Below, piece by piece: positions 1 through 13,256 of a stretch of DNA of 64,000 nt. Where the stretch lies: positions 15,686,001 through 15,750,000 of the forward strand of contig NC_043024.1 of assembly GCF_006345805.1 (NCBI RefSeq). The letters are read 5' to 3'. The translations under genes were made by a program, and so were the position numbers. This DNA is from Octopus sinensis. Taxonomy: Eukaryota. Under the pieces are notes generated by a model, which ran no database searches, was not told the origin of the DNA, and saw only the letters and a list, made by a program, of their open reading frames with translations. Each line of letters opens with the position of its first letter. Positions within the stretch are counted from its first letter, which is position 1.

Positions 1-198
1 TCGGTGTGCATTCAAAGCAATGATTAGTAAATTCACGAAACCAGTATGCTTCTGGATCTCTTTAACAATTCGTATTTTATTACTTTTATTCCTACCTCAG
101 TTCATCTAACTGTATATATCCATTGTTACTTTTCATAAAAAGCCTTTACTTTTTTTGATTTCCAATGTGCATTTTCACTTATTTTTCTTCTTACTTTC

Positions 199-246
<48 letters not shown>

Positions 247-658
247 GTATGTATGTATCATTAATTAAATATATTCTGTTAGAATATTATACACTGAATT
301 TATAATGAGTGTTCTTTGTATAAAATGCCAAAAATATTAATACTATAAAGTATTTAGACATTAATACGAGCGATTATATATACTGTATTTTGAAATAATA
401 GCATGAAATTCAGTATCAAACAATTTCTCACAAAGATCTATATATGTCTAAAATAGTATTGCATTATAATATACATATAAATATATGAAACGTGACAGCT
501 TAAAAATGTGTTAGTTAATGCATGTTACAATCGTTTCACGAAAGTATTGTCATTATAATGGAATCCATTGTTGATACACATTGATAGACAATACTTCTGC
601 TCATCAGAGATAAAGAAGATAATTTTTTTTATAATATATTATAATTTTTTTATAATAT

Positions 659-830
659 AGGCGCAGGAGTGGCTGTGTGGTATGTAGCTTGCCTACCAAC
701 CACATGGTTCTGGGTTCAGTCCCACTGCGTGGCATCTTGGGCAAGTGTCTTCTACTATAGCCATGGGCCGACCAAAGCCTTGTGAGTGGATTTGGTAGAC
801 GGAAACTGAAAGAAGCCCGTCGTATATATG

Positions 831-862
<32 letters not shown>

Positions 863-1089
863 CGTGTATGTTTGTGTGTCTGTGTTTGTCCCCCTCGCAT
901 TGCTTGACAACCGATGCTGGTGTGTTTACGTCCCCATCACTTAGCGGTTCGGCAAAAGAGACCGATAGAATAAGTACTGGGCTTACAAAGAATAAGTCCC
1001 GGGGTCGAGTTGATGGACTAAAGGCGGTGCTCCAGCATGGCCACAGTCAAATGACTGAAACAAGTAAAAGAGTAAAAGAGAAAAAGAGT
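659..1089 (+). mobile_element. SINE family A (tRNA-like head, CORE-like ccttgggcaagtg, internal (TA)n(TG)n, AAGAGT tail), full length
   Basis: A box TGGCTGTGTGG, B box-like GGTTCAGTCCC. More than 20 related copies in this window. Confidence 0.9.
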
Positions 1090-1595
1090 ATATCAAATGT
1101 TGCTTTAAAATTAGAAAAATATATGAGAAAGAATTTTTGAAAATGGATTAAAATTTACTGATTTAGATTTAAGCAGGTTGACTTCAATAATAACATTAAG
1201 TTTGTATTTATATCCTTGGTAAGTTCATCTCAGTAATCCGTGACTGGTTTTGATTTGGTTGGAAAATTTCAAGTTTTTATGTATATATCCTTGTTAAATT
1301 CATCTTGGTAATCCATGACAATTTTGTGTAAACAGTACCTTATCCCGCATTCCATATTTGAGATGTAGACGGTTGATTCTGGTTGTTTTTTTAATACAAT
1401 ACTATTTTAGACATATATATCTTTGTGAGAAATTTTGTTTGATATTGAATTTCATGCCATTATTTCAAAATACTGTATATATATATATATATGTGTGTGT
1501 GTGGTGTGTGTGTGTGTGTGTGCATGTGTGTGTGCATGTGTGTGTGTGTATACATATATGTGTACATATATACAAATATATATGTGTGTGTGTGT

Positions 1596-1627
<32 letters not shown>

Positions 1628-3483
1628 TATATATATGTGTATATATATATATACATATATATTCATATATATGTGTATATATATATACATATATATGTGT
1701 ATATATATACATATATGTATATATATACATATATATATATGTGTTTATGTATATTTGCAGTAATATGTAGTCATCCAGCTTATGCTAGCAGTGATGTGAT
1801 AAAAGTAGATGTTGAATGAATAAACATACGCACACACACACATGTATCTGTGTATGTCTGGATACATACATACATACATACATACATACATACATACATA
1901 CATACATACATACATGTGTAGGTTTCTGTGTGTCTGTATAAAGCATTTATATATGCATATTCATTCATATATGCATATGCATAAATATATATGTTTGTGT
2001 GAGTGTTCATATATACATATAGATATATATATATATATATATATGTATATATGCACACATGCACATATATGTATATATATATGTATGTATGCACACACAC
2101 ACACACATATATGTATATGTATGAGATTGTTCAGTTTTATTCCAAGATATCTTGCCAATAGAGCAAGAGCTGGTTTCTAACCTAGATCCAAGACTCCTTC
2201 ATTGGAATTTCAACATCAACAACAGGGTATTTTTTGTATGTATGTATGTTTCTATGTATGTATATGTGCAGATTTGTATGTTTTTTTTTAAGTATGCCTT
2301 CTCATGGATATACTTGTGTATCTAGACATGTTCATATATATTTAAATGATGAACTTCTGGAAAGTTTTACAGATTTTTACAGTCCCAGTGATGGATTGAA
2401 TCTGATGTCTTCAAATCAGCTTTCTCCTTCCTGGTTTTGAAAAGCCTAATTTCTCAAGATTGGTATTTAGGCAGTGTGTTTCATATCCTGTATGTATGTA
2501 TGTATGTATACTCACTCTCATAGCTATATATAAATGTAATATTTAGTTATGGTAATCAATAGAAATAATAGAAAACAGCAAAACATTTCCTGCTGGCTGG
2601 TAGGCAGGCTGGTCGAGAATCAATATTATTATTAGAGTTAAAATTATTGATCATGTCAGAGTTGAGCAAGACTTCATATATCATCATCGTGCCATATTCT
2701 TGTGTAAATCGGTTGAAATACTCTAAACGTATCAACCTCATCAAAGGGAAGTAACTCTCTAGACAAAAACAAAACAAAAAGAAAAATAGGTTAATACACA
2801 AATCAATACAGACAGATCAATACCGTGAATACCAAACTAATTACATGAATCAATATAAAGGACTAAAACTTCTTGAAGGTTCTACCCCAGCTTGGCTAAA
2901 GGCCAATGACTGATGCCAGTGAGTGAATAAAGAATAAAGGAATATAATTGGTTAATTTCCTAGAATGTGGTTGGATCCAATCCAAGAATCCAGTATTAGG
3001 TGCTAGAACAGTGTTGATTGTAATCGATTAGTTATTGATTTCGACCCATCTTCAAAGATTCTTATCGATTTGGGATCCCTTTTTGAACCACGTTGAAGAA
3101 TATGTTCCATAGTTTTAATTAAGTCTGCAAACAAAAAATGGAAAATCTTACGCTTCTCCTCTTTCAACTCCTTTCCTTTATTAGGCTGCGACCATCCAGG
3201 GGCAATGCTTTGTATGGTCGCAGTCGATGGTATTGATCCCCAATCACCCCTCACCTCGCCCAGTGCTTATTTTGAAGTCTATAACCCATCAATATCTATT
3301 TGTGGTGCCACTAAATTACAACGCATAACGGATGCACCGTGTTCTTTCTTTTTTTCTTTAAGAAACACCAATATGCCAATATTAAGACAAAGAGACAAAC
3401 ACCTAAATGTACACATGCATGCACGCATACATGCACACGTGCGTATTTATGCATACTGGATGGCAGCGCTAAGCAGTGGTCTT

Positions 3484-3796
3484 TTTGTATCTTTTATCTT
3501 TCTTGTTTTAGTCATTAGACTGTGGCCATGCTGGGGCATTGCCTTGAAGAACTTTTGAGTCAAATGAATCGATCCCACTAGTTAATTTCCTGCTAAGCCT
3601 GTTACTTATTCCATTAGACCCCTTTGCTGAACTGCTAAGTTACAGGAACCCAAACACACCAACACATCAGATTCACTTACAGGATTTTGGTTGGCCCAAG
3701 GCTATAGAAGACACTTGCTCAAGGTGCCATAAGTGTGATGGAACCTCAAACAATGTGGTTGGGTGGCAAGCTTCTTACCATACACTCACTTGTGTG

Positions 3797-3844
<48 letters not shown>

Positions 3845-4290
3845 TACACACACACACACATTTATATATACATACATATATATATATATATATACACACA
3901 CAACAGGCTTCTTTCAGTAACCATCTACCAAATCCACTCACAAGGCTTTGGTCAACCTGAGGCTATAGAATAAGACACTTGTCCAAGGTAGCACGCAGTG
4001 GGACTGAACCCAGAACCATGTTGGTGGTAAGCAAGCTACTTACCACTCAGCCACTCCTGTGCCCGTATTTTTATCAACAACTATATGAACTCACAGGTCT
4101 TCAACCTGTAGCTAACTTGAGTGCCAACACACGAAACTCTTGGACCTTGAGTCATTCTGTTACTTCTGCTAAATATTAGTAAACACACACACACACACGA
4201 CCAGCTTCTTTTGGTTTCTGTCTATGAAATCCACTCTCAAGGCTTTGGTCAGTCCAAGGCTATTGCAGAAGACACTTGCCTAAGGTGCCA
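3484..4290 (-). mobile_element. Cluster of degraded or partial SINE A copies (3484-3790, 3901-4067, 4198-4290)
   Basis: Reverse-complement matches to family A head and tail. Confidence 0.8.
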
Positions 4291-4291
4291 A

Positions 4292-4441
4292 GGTTTTAGC
4301 AGTTCCAATATGCTTGGACCATATTTGTACCTGTAAGAAAGCCATTCACTAGAGCAAGAAATTCTATCTATGACAAAGGAAAGTGAATGGCTTTCTTATG
4401 CATTCACATATGCTCCAAACATATTGGAACTAGTAATAACC
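4292..4441. repeat. Inverted repeat, about 55-bp arms with 31-nt spacer (MITE-like)
   Basis: 4296-4350 is complementary to 4382-4436 at roughly 80%. Confidence 0.8.
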
Positions 4442-4452
4442 ATGTATATATA

Positions 4453-4757
4453 TGTGGAGGCTCAATGGCCCAGTGGTTAGGGCAGCAGACTCATGGTTGT
4501 AGGATCGCTGTTTCGATTCCCAGACCGGGTGTTGTGAGTGTTTATTGAGCAAAAACACCTAACGCTCCACGAGGCTCCGGCAAGGGGTGGTGGCAATCCC
4601 TGCTGTACTCTTTCACCCCAACTTTCTCTTACTCTTACTTCTGTTGGCCTACTTGCTTAGCCAGCGGGGTGGCGTCATTTGAAGGCTAAAGCAATGCAAA
4701 GCGCATTGTGACCAGCAATGTGTAACAACATCTGATAGCCTGGTCGGTCACGGTGAT
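4453..4757 (+). mobile_element. tRNA-headed SINE family E (variant 3' half)
   Basis: Head TGGCCCAGTGGTTAGGGCAG...GTTTCGATTCCC is shared with 45186 and 50266. Confidence 0.85.
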
Positions 4758-5567
4758 ATATGTATACATCTTTATCTTCATTGTTTTAACATCCACTTGT
4801 CTGTGCTTGCATGGCTCAGATTACATAACATTTGTAGAAATATTACGCAATCCTGCACCCCACTTCATCAGTGCTCTGCAATTAATGGACACGTGTAAGT
4901 GTATGTGTGTATATGTTTTTGTATTTCTGTTTGTTCCTTCCACCGCTTGACAATCAGCGTTGGTCATATCTCAGTAGTTAGGCAGAAAGATACCAATAGA
5001 ATAAGAACTAGAGTTAAAATCAGAAACAGGATCAATTCACCTGACTAAATCATTCAAAGTAGTGCTCCGGCATCACTGCAAACCATTGACTGAAACAAGA
5101 AACAGATTAAAAGAAAGAATAACTATTTTGCAGTTTGTTTTTGAACACTATTTTAACGCTATTTGAATTTGTTTATAGCTAATATATTATCCTCAGCAAA
5201 CTAATTTGTTTTGTTTGTTTTACATAATTTTAAGAGAGATGAATCAAATGTTTTGCGATTTTGATCATAAACAAACACATATTACTCAGGCTCTAAATAA
5301 CTGTTTCTAAGCATATATAACTTAAAACACATGTACATGCACACACTTAAACACACACATATAAAGAACACACATGGGATTTAAAATTTATCTATATATA
5401 TATAAGTAACACATGGGATTTAAAATTTATGACAGCTGTTTTGTTAGAATTTTACTGATGTATTCATAGATTACGTCATAACATATAAGCCATCATTTTC
5501 AGGTAAAATTTTAATCAGGCATCAAACAGGTGAGATAATACATCAATCATATATCTTGTTGGATCTA

Positions 5568-5737
5568 TACTCTTTTACTCTCTCTTTTACTTGTTTCAGT
5601 CATTTGAATGTGACCCTAGGACTTATTCTTTGTAAGCTTAGTACTTATTCTAGCAGTGTCTTTTGCTGAACCGCTAAGTTACGGGGATGTAAATACACCA
5701 GCATCGGTTGTCAAGCAGTGTTGGGAGGACAAACACA

Positions 5738-5783
<46 letters not shown>

Positions 5784-5941
5784 CATATATACAATGGGCT
5801 TCTTTCAGTTCCATCTACCAAATCCACTCACATTAGAAAGGAAAAAGAAAAAAAAACACACTAAACTGTTATTCAGTGGGACTGAACCCGGAGCCATGTG
5901 GTTTGTAAGCAAGCTACTTACCACACAGCCACTCCTGTGCA
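5568..5941 (-). mobile_element. SINE family A
   Basis: Reverse-complement match to family A. Confidence 0.88.
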
Positions 5942-5957
5942 TTTATTTATTTATAAA

Positions 5958-6798
5958 CAGGGTGCAGTAAATAAACTTTCATCTAAATTACGCAAAAATG
6001 AAAATAACACTGGCATTTCATTTTAATATATATATTTACCAAAATTATATTAAAATATCTTGAAATATTAAAGAGTAAATCTATTCAATAAAATTGCTGT
6101 TGGCTTCAACCATGGCCTCCAGACAACTTCAGAATCTCCTGCAACTCCAGAAGATGGTCTCCTTGTTTAAACTGGTGAATGCTGTTACAAGCCGTTCCTT
6201 CAGTTCATCTTTGGTGCTACAAGGAGTTTTGTTGGTCTCTCGCTCAACTGCACCCCATACATAATAATCAAGGGCGTTGCAGTCTAGGGAGTTAGGTGGC
6301 CAGATGTTAGGAGTGATGTGGTGGCAGAAATTTTCTCACAGCCATGACTGGGTTCTCCTGCTTGTGTGGCATGGTGCAGAGTCTTGTTGCCAGACATAGG
6401 GTCTTCCAGCAGCCAGCTGCTTGACTCAGAGCAGCACTACATCCTCCAAGCACTTGATGGAGGCCTCTGTGTGAAGATGATTGGATGTATAGCATCACCA
6501 TCACTAATGATCACTCCAAACACCATCATGTTGACTGGATGTTTGATTTTTATCACTCTTGGTACATATTTTCAGATTGCACTTTCCTGAGATTGACACC
6601 CAAATACTCTGAAATGTTCGTATTGGAGCTTCTGTCGTTTCCAAATTTCTGGATGAGTTAATTGCATCATGGTGCAGTTATTCTTACTGATGGTGCCCAA
6701 CTGACCCTACTATACAGTGTAGTCAACAAAATCAAAAACAAACAATGCACATGCAGGAAATTAAAAATATATAGCGACAATTTACCCATCACTCCCTG
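5958..6798 (-). mobile_element. Degenerate maT/DD37D (Tc1-mariner superfamily) transposon remnant
   Basis: Minus strand reads KHPVNMMVFGV...YVWQQDSAPCHT...IWPPNSLDCNALDYYVWGAVE with 37 residues between the 2nd and 3rd D. Internal stops. CAGGG...CCCTG-TA ends. Confidence 0.85.
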
Positions 6799-6822
6799 TA
6801 TATAGATAAAATGGTGTATAGT

Positions 6823-7157
6823 GAAGGTGCATGGCTCAGTGGTTAGAGTGTCAAGCTGATGATCGTGAGGTTGTGAGTTCAAATCCCAGACCGGGCTGCA
6901 TGTTGTGTTCTTGAGCAAGACACTTTATTTCACATTGCTCTAGTTCACTCAGCTGTAGAATTGAGTTGTTACATCACTGGTGCCAAGCTGTATCGGCCCT
7001 GTGCCTTTCTCTTGGATAACAATGGTGGTGTGGAGAGGGGAGGCCGGTATGCATGGGCGACTGCTGGTCTTCCATAAACAACCTTGCCCGGACTTGTGCT
7101 TAGGAAGGTGGCTTTCTAGGTGCAATCCCATGGTCAGTCATGACCGAAGGGGGTCTC
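6823..7157 (+). mobile_element. tRNA-headed SINE family F (CORE-like ttcttgagcaagacact)
   Basis: A box TGGCTCAGTGG, B box GTTCAAATCCC. Inverted copies at 24178 and 24578. Confidence 0.88.
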
Positions 7158-7171
7158 AACAGGTGTGTGTA

Positions 7172-7204
<33 letters not shown>

Positions 7205-7440
7205 ATTTGTGTATGTTTGTATATACTAGTCTTGACAGTATACTTATTGTAAACAAGTATCACTGTCATACAATCAATGTCATGCATTTCCAATATCCTG
7301 TGGAAACTTGTCTGTTTAACAGGAAATATAACTTTACTTGGAAGCAGGTGTGGGTTGGTGACAAGAAATGCATCTGGCTTGTTAAGAATCTGCTTCAACA
7401 GATTCCTCCTGACCCGTGAAATAATTGGAAAGTGAACAGT

Positions 7441-7851
7441 AGGTGCAGGAGTGGCTGTGTGGTTAGTAGCTTGCTTACCAACCACATGGTTCCGGGTTCA
7501 GTCCCACTGCGTGGCACCTTGGGCAAGTGTCTTCTACTATAGCCTCGGGCCGACCAAAGACTTGTGAGTGGATTTGGTAGACGGAAACTGAAAGAAGCCT
7601 GTCGTATATATGTATATATATATATGTGTGTGCGTGTGTGTTTGTGTGTCTGTATTTGTCCCTCTAACATTGCTTGACAACCGATGCTGGTGTGTTTATG
7701 TCCCCGTCACTTAGCGGTTCGGCAAAAGAGACCGATAGAATAAGTACTGGGCTTACAAAGAGTAAGTCCCGGGGTCGAGTTGCTCGATTAAAGGTGGTGC
7801 TCCAGCATGGCCGCAGTCAAATGACTGAAACAAGTAAAAGAGAGTAAAGAG
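7441..7851 (+). mobile_element. SINE family A, full length
   Basis: Matches 659-1089. Confidence 0.9.
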
Positions 7852-7859
7852 TAAATACA

Positions 7860-7909
7860 TATATGTATGTGTGTTTGTTTATATATATGTGTGTGCATGT
7901 ATGTGTGTG

Positions 7910-7947
<38 letters not shown>

Positions 7948-8190
7948 TGTATGGATATATATATGCATATATATATGCATGTATGGATATATATATATGC
8001 ATGTATGGATATATATGCATGTATATATATATGCATGTATATGCATGTATATATATGCATGTATATATATGCATGTATATATATATATGCATGTATATAT
8101 ATATGCATGTATATATATATGCATGTATGGATATATATATATGTGCGTGTGTGTACATATATATGTATGTATTATACATATGACTGTGAA

Positions 8191-8222
<32 letters not shown>
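7860..8222. repeat. Compound (TA)n/(TG)n/ATATATGCATGT microsatellite
   Basis: Direct inspection. Similar tracts at about 1470-2120, 43170-43685, 51980-52100 and 60240-60500. Confidence 0.95.
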
Positions 8223-8223
<1 letters not shown>

Positions 8224-8662
8224 AGCAGCCAGCTGGCAACTTTTTTCATCTTATAAGGGTAAAATAGTCAATCTTTCTACTGTTTTCACAACTATACTCT
8301 GTTCAAAATGTATTTTCTTGTCTCTAATATGTGTGTGTGTGTATTTTAGAATTAGACACTTGAAGCTTTTAGCCTTTGCTTTCTTCTTACTTTAAGATGA
8401 AAGAATTCAGTTACTTTGATCTTTTCCCAAACACAGACAATTCTTTTATCCTTTGTAAGTGATGTCACTACCATCTTTTTCAATATGTTCATCCTCTCTC
8501 TTCGCTTTTATAGTCATCTTGCTTATTGCCATCATCATCATTTTCATTACCATCTTCTCTCAATTCTGTTTCCATTTCTTGCCGAGTGTCTTCTTGACAC
8601 CTAGGGCAGAGAAACACGCTGTATACATTGGTAGGCCATTAAAATAAACACCAAATTGTCCA

Positions 8663-8703
<41 letters not shown>

Positions 8704-8704
<1 letters not shown>

Positions 8705-9228
8705 GTTTTTTTCCTTCTTTCTTCAAATTTTCTTCCGTTCTCGCCGAGTGTTTTCCATACACCTAGGGCAGAGAAGGGCATTGTATGCATTCCCAGATTA
8801 CACGCGCAAATTCACAGATAAAATATGTAATTAAAAATTAATAAATAAATAAATTCATGGATGGATGTTATTTTCACAGCGATAGTGCTCTTCTCAGTAC
8901 ATGAGCCGTTCCAGTTAATACAATTTTTTGCACTTCCTATAGGGATGGTAAGCCTGGAATCATTTTCAAATAGGTTTCAGTACCTTTTTTTACCATTCCT
9001 AGAGATCCTACAATCACTGGTACTGTAGTCGCCTTGAGATGCCACATTTTTTCAATTTCTATTAGCAGGTCTTTATACTTACTAATTTTGACAAATTCTT
9101 TCGCCGGTATATTGTGATCACAGGGAATACTCATGTCAATTAATAAACACATCCCTTTTGTCTGATCTTTTATAATAATATCCGGTATATTAGCTTTTAT
9201 AGTCCTGTCGGTCTGCATGGGGAAGTCC
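8704..9228 (-). mobile_element. R4/Dong-clade non-LTR retrotransposon 3' end (restriction-like endonuclease domain + 3'UTR + (AAT)n)
   Basis: IPDIIIKD...CLLIDMSIPCDHN...KYKDLLIEIEKMW...VPVIVGSLG, then past one stop EVQKIVLTGTAHVLRRAL. Flanked on both sides by (ATT)n. Confidence 0.88.
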
Positions 9229-9253
9229 CATTATCATTATTATTATTATTATT

Positions 9254-9728
9254 GAGTGAGAGAGCAGTTCATGCCATCAAAGTGACACTGGGGTAAAATA
9301 TACGAAGCCCAATATACCCATCATGACTACCCGTCTGATAAAGGTACACCAGGCACATGCATCACAACCATATGTGCGCGACATGGTGATCTCATATCAA
9401 GATAAACAGCACATGACCTTGCAGGTGGGGCCCAGTTAGAATTTTCTTCAGGTTGAGTAGTCCATCCTGCTCAAACGGTCCCTGAATAAGGGTTGTTTAA
9501 GGATGTTGAAAGAACCACGCATGTTTCCAAGAATCCCTCTCAACACATGGCTATGATGCTCCCCCACTACTTCTGCTCATGATCAGAGATGCACATATTC
9601 GTCAGCCACTAAGGGACATGCTCAACTGGTTAAGGTCAAACAACTGACAAGCAAATCTGTGGTATTGAGCGATATTTGCTGTAGCCCATCTTTTATACCA
9701 AGACAAAACAATGTACATGATACACTCC
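9254..9728 (-). mobile_element. Family C non-coding retroposon (5'-truncated), ends ...ctctcactc(AAT)n
   Basis: Six or more copies in the window, always abutting ATT/ATC tracts. Confidence 0.85.
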
Positions 9729-9729
9729 A

Positions 9730-9757
9730 TATTATTATTATTATTATTATTCTTATA

Positions 9758-9790
<33 letters not shown>

Positions 9791-9878
9791 CATCATCATT
9801 ATTATTATTGTTATTATTATTATTATTATCATTATTATCATTATTATTATCATATTATTATTATTATTATTATTATAT
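9730..9878. repeat. (ATT)n microsatellite
   Basis: Direct inspection. Confidence 0.97.
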
Positions 9879-9879
9879 T

Positions 9880-10345
9880 TCTGCGAGGTTTCAGTCTTGT
9901 TTGCTCTGGTTGATCTGTGAGAGCAGGCAGCAACCTGTTATCAGAGGTCATCACAGGTCTCCTTCCACAAATTGTAAGCTTTGATACATGGATGTTAACT
10001 TATTGAGGAAGATACTCAACACCCAAAAACCAATCTCAAAATCCTAGCTGTCCCCAATAGAACAGATTTTGGGGCCTGCTCTGCCCTAATTTCAATTCTT
10101 ATTTCTCCAACATATTTCTTGAATCTGGTTGTTAGTGCTCTGAATTCCCCGACAACAATTTGGATATCAGTTACTCTCCTCATTGCCCACATTCTTGCAA
10201 CTTCATCTTTTAGTGGTCTATATTTTACCATCTTTTCCAGCTTTTTGTCATCTTTGCATGCATTTCCAGAAATGGTAATAATCTTGGTTTCCTTTTTTCT
10301 TTATCCACCACACCAATGTCTGGTCTTCAATCATTGACTAGGGAG
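9880..10345 (-). mobile_element. Second, divergent R4/Dong-clade 3' end
   Basis: RPDI.VVDK...KYRPLKDEVARMW...IVVG...KSVLLGTARILRLV with frameshifts. The 3'UTR ends in (AAT)n. Confidence 0.85.
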
Positions 10346-10582
10346 TCACGTTGGGTTGTAAAATCATCTTCATCAACATCCTCATCATTACTGAGGTTGA
10401 TGTAATTGGCTAGCCCCTTCCCCAAAATTTCAGGCCTTGTGCCTCTAGTAGACGAAAGACCGAGACCTCTGGAGATATGCTGTGACTACGAAGACCTGAC
10501 AAATAAAGTGAGTTCATGGCTGTATCCTACACCAGTTTTGCATAACCAATCCAGCCCCAGCTTGGATTGTAGAGCAATCTGC

Positions 10583-10930
10583 TGTGCTTGAGGAGACCTA
10601 CGGAGTCAAGTACATCAAATGGAAATTGTAGTTGTGATACCTGTGCCGGTGGTACATAAAAAGCACCATCCAAACGTGGCTGATGCCAGCACCACTTTGA
10701 CTGGCTTCAGTGCCGGTGGCATGTAAAAAGTACCCACTACACTCACGGACTGGTTGGCGTTAGGAAGGGCATCCAGCTGTAGAAACATTGCCAGATCGGA
10801 CTGGAGCCTGGTGCAGCCCCCTGGCCTCCCAGACCCCAGTTGAACCGTCCAACCCTTGCTAGCATGGAAAACGGATGTTAAATCCTCATTATCATCATCA
10901 CCATCATCAACATCATCATCAGCATCATCA
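10583..10930 (+). mobile_element. Family D retroposon (ggttggcgttaggaagggcatcc...ccatgctagcatgg...gacgttaaa(TGA/TCA)n)
   Basis: About 12 copies or fragments in the window share this 3' end. Confidence 0.85.
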
Positions 10931-10941
10931 TCATTATTAGT

Positions 10942-11503
10942 ATTGAGTGAGAGAGCAGTGCATGCCATGAAAGTGACACTGGGGTAAAATATACGAAGCC
11001 CAGTATACCCATCATGACTACCCGTCTGATAAGGGTACACCAGGCACATGCATCACAACCATATGTGCGCGACATGGTGATCTCATATCAAGATAAACAG
11101 CACATGACCTTGCAGGTGGGGCCCAGTTAGAATTTTCTTCAGGTTGAGTAACCCATCCCACTCAAAAGGTCCCTAAATAAGGATTGTTTAAGGATGTTGA
11201 ATGAACCACCCATGTTTCCAGAGGTGAACTATTCAAACCCCAAAGAATCCCTCTCAACACATGGCTATGATGCTCCCCCACTACTTCTGCTCGTGATCAG
11301 AGACGTACATATCATCAGCCACTAAGGGACATGCTCAACTGGTTAAGGTCAAACAACTGACAAGCAAATCTGTGGTATTGAGCAGAATATTTGCTGTAGC
11401 CCATCTTTTATACCAAGACGAAAACAATGTACATGATAACACTTCCAGTCAGTTAAGATCAGAAGCCATGAGAGCTACTACTGCCTAGTACTTCGTCAGG
11501 GCA
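10942..11503 (-). mobile_element. Family C retroposon, full length
   Basis: Matches 36465-37023 in reverse complement. Confidence 0.88.
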
Positions 11504-11950
11504 TTCATCATCATCATCATCATTATGAATGCAGTGAGCTGGCAGAATTGTTAGCACTCCAGGCGAAATACGTTGCAGTATTTCACCTGTTGCTATGTTC
11601 TGAGTACAAATTCCGCCGAGGTGGCAATGATGATGGTGGAGAGGAGGGCGGTGGAGGTGGGTGCTGTTGATGATGGTAGTTGCGATGATGGTGGAGGTGC
11701 CGGTAGAGATGGTGATGTTGATGATGACGGGGGGGGGGGGGGGTGATAATGATGATGATAGCAGTTGTGATAGAAAAGGTGGGAGTAGTGGTGATAGTAA
11801 CACTAAATGCAAGAACAGTTTGTCAGACACCATTCCTTCCACCCATTCTAAGAACAATTCCAAAGTACAGTCAGGTCATTCTGGGCATTGTCATTTCAGA
11901 AATAAAGCAATAAAGATTTCTTACATTGGCACTGGGCCAGAAACATTGGT

Positions 11951-11974
11951 GGGAGGAAGGGGGTGGGGGCAGGG
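11951..11974 (+). other. Canonical G-quadruplex motif (GGG-N5-GGGGG-N-GGGGG-N2-GGG)
   Basis: Four tracts of 3 or more G with short loops. No evidence of function. Confidence 0.5.
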
Positions 11975-12699
11975 CCAAGTTAATTAACGAGAGTTTAATC
12001 AGTTTAGTTGCTGTGAGGAGGGTCTAAGGTTGGATACTTCAGGTTGTTACAGTTTGTCTGAGAATGAGGAAAATACAGAGAGAGAAAGAGAGAGAGAGTG
12101 AGAGAAAGTGATGAAGAGTTACTTGGAATGGAGATAATGGTTAAACTCTACATTCTTCAAAACTGGTGAACTTAGTGGGGAGGGGAGGTAGAAAGACAGA
12201 GAGGTAGATAGATAGATAGATAGATAGACAGGTGGATAGATAGATAGATAGATAGTAAGAGTGAGAGAAAGTGATGTTTGGAATGGTTAGATTCTGCAGT
12301 TTGTTGAACTTAGGAAGAGAGACAGACAGACAGACAGATAGATAGTAAGAGAGAGAAAGAGAAAGTGATGTTGTCACTTGGAATGGAGAAAAATGGTTAG
12401 ATTCTGCATTCTTCAAAACTGCTAAACTTACCAAACTCCGCTGCAAATTAATTCTTGCTGACATAAACACCATCATTAATTTCAATGAATTCTTGATTTT
12501 ACCAAAGTTAATTAAAGGCCAATGCACGGAGAAATGGTGAAGGTACATGGCCTAATGGTAAGAGAGTTACGTTCATGATTGCAAGATAATGGGTTCAATT
12601 CCTGGACTGGAAAGTGCATTGCAGTTTTGAGAAAAACATTTTTTTATTTCACATTGCTCCAGTTCACTCAGCCGTAAATGAGTTACCCTTCATGTCTCT

Positions 12700-12880
12700 T
12701 GCCTACAAGCACCACCATCACCTCCACTAACACCACCATCACCACCACCACCACCTCCACTACCACCACCATCACCTCCACTATCACTTCCACCATCATC
12801 AACACCACTGCCTCCACAATCACCTCACCCATCATCACTTCCAACATTTTCTCCACCATCCCCTCCATTATCATCTTATC
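12700..12880. repeat. (ACC/ATC)n low-complexity tract; similar tracts at 25170-25400 and 63855-64000
   Basis: Direct inspection. Confidence 0.9.
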
Positions 12881-13256
12881 ATCAGAACTGGGTCCCTAGA
12901 CATGTGAGGCCCCTGGGCAAATCAGTGCACTGGGCCCCTAGACCCATGAGGCTCCTGGGCAAACTACCCAGTGTGCCCATGTCTTAAGGCAGTACTGGGT
13001 GACCCTATCCTGTACCCTTCTTGTATGCTTTAGTCACAGGACCATTTTCTGCTGTTTGACCCATAGTGCCTTTGATGTGTACTACCACTCTGAGCTAGGG
13101 AGCATTTGAGCGTGGTGACTAAGGATAAATCCATAATCTCCAAAGATCCTGACATCCTGGGCTGAAGTCCCACCACTGTATATAGTTTAATGCTTTGGCC
13201 AGGATAAGTTGATTAATTCAAAGGTTTTAATGCATAAATCCATAAACCATTTTATT

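Noticed and set aside
659-700. GTAAGT donors inside SINE A heads (gtggtaagtagc; mutated to gtatgt in this copy)
   Set aside because: Repeat-derived and present in many copies, with no upstream acceptor or ORF evidence of exonisation.
1358-2180. Many ORFs rich in YI/CV/HT (also about 7790-8400, 17370-17900, 43090-43800, 60050-60630)
   Set aside because: Translations of (TA)n/(TG)n microsatellites, which lack stop codons.
11459-12899. Thr/His/Val-rich mucin-like ORFs (also 25136-25327, 63770-64000, 9602-9920)
   Set aside because: Trinucleotide low-complexity tracts with no splice or homology support.
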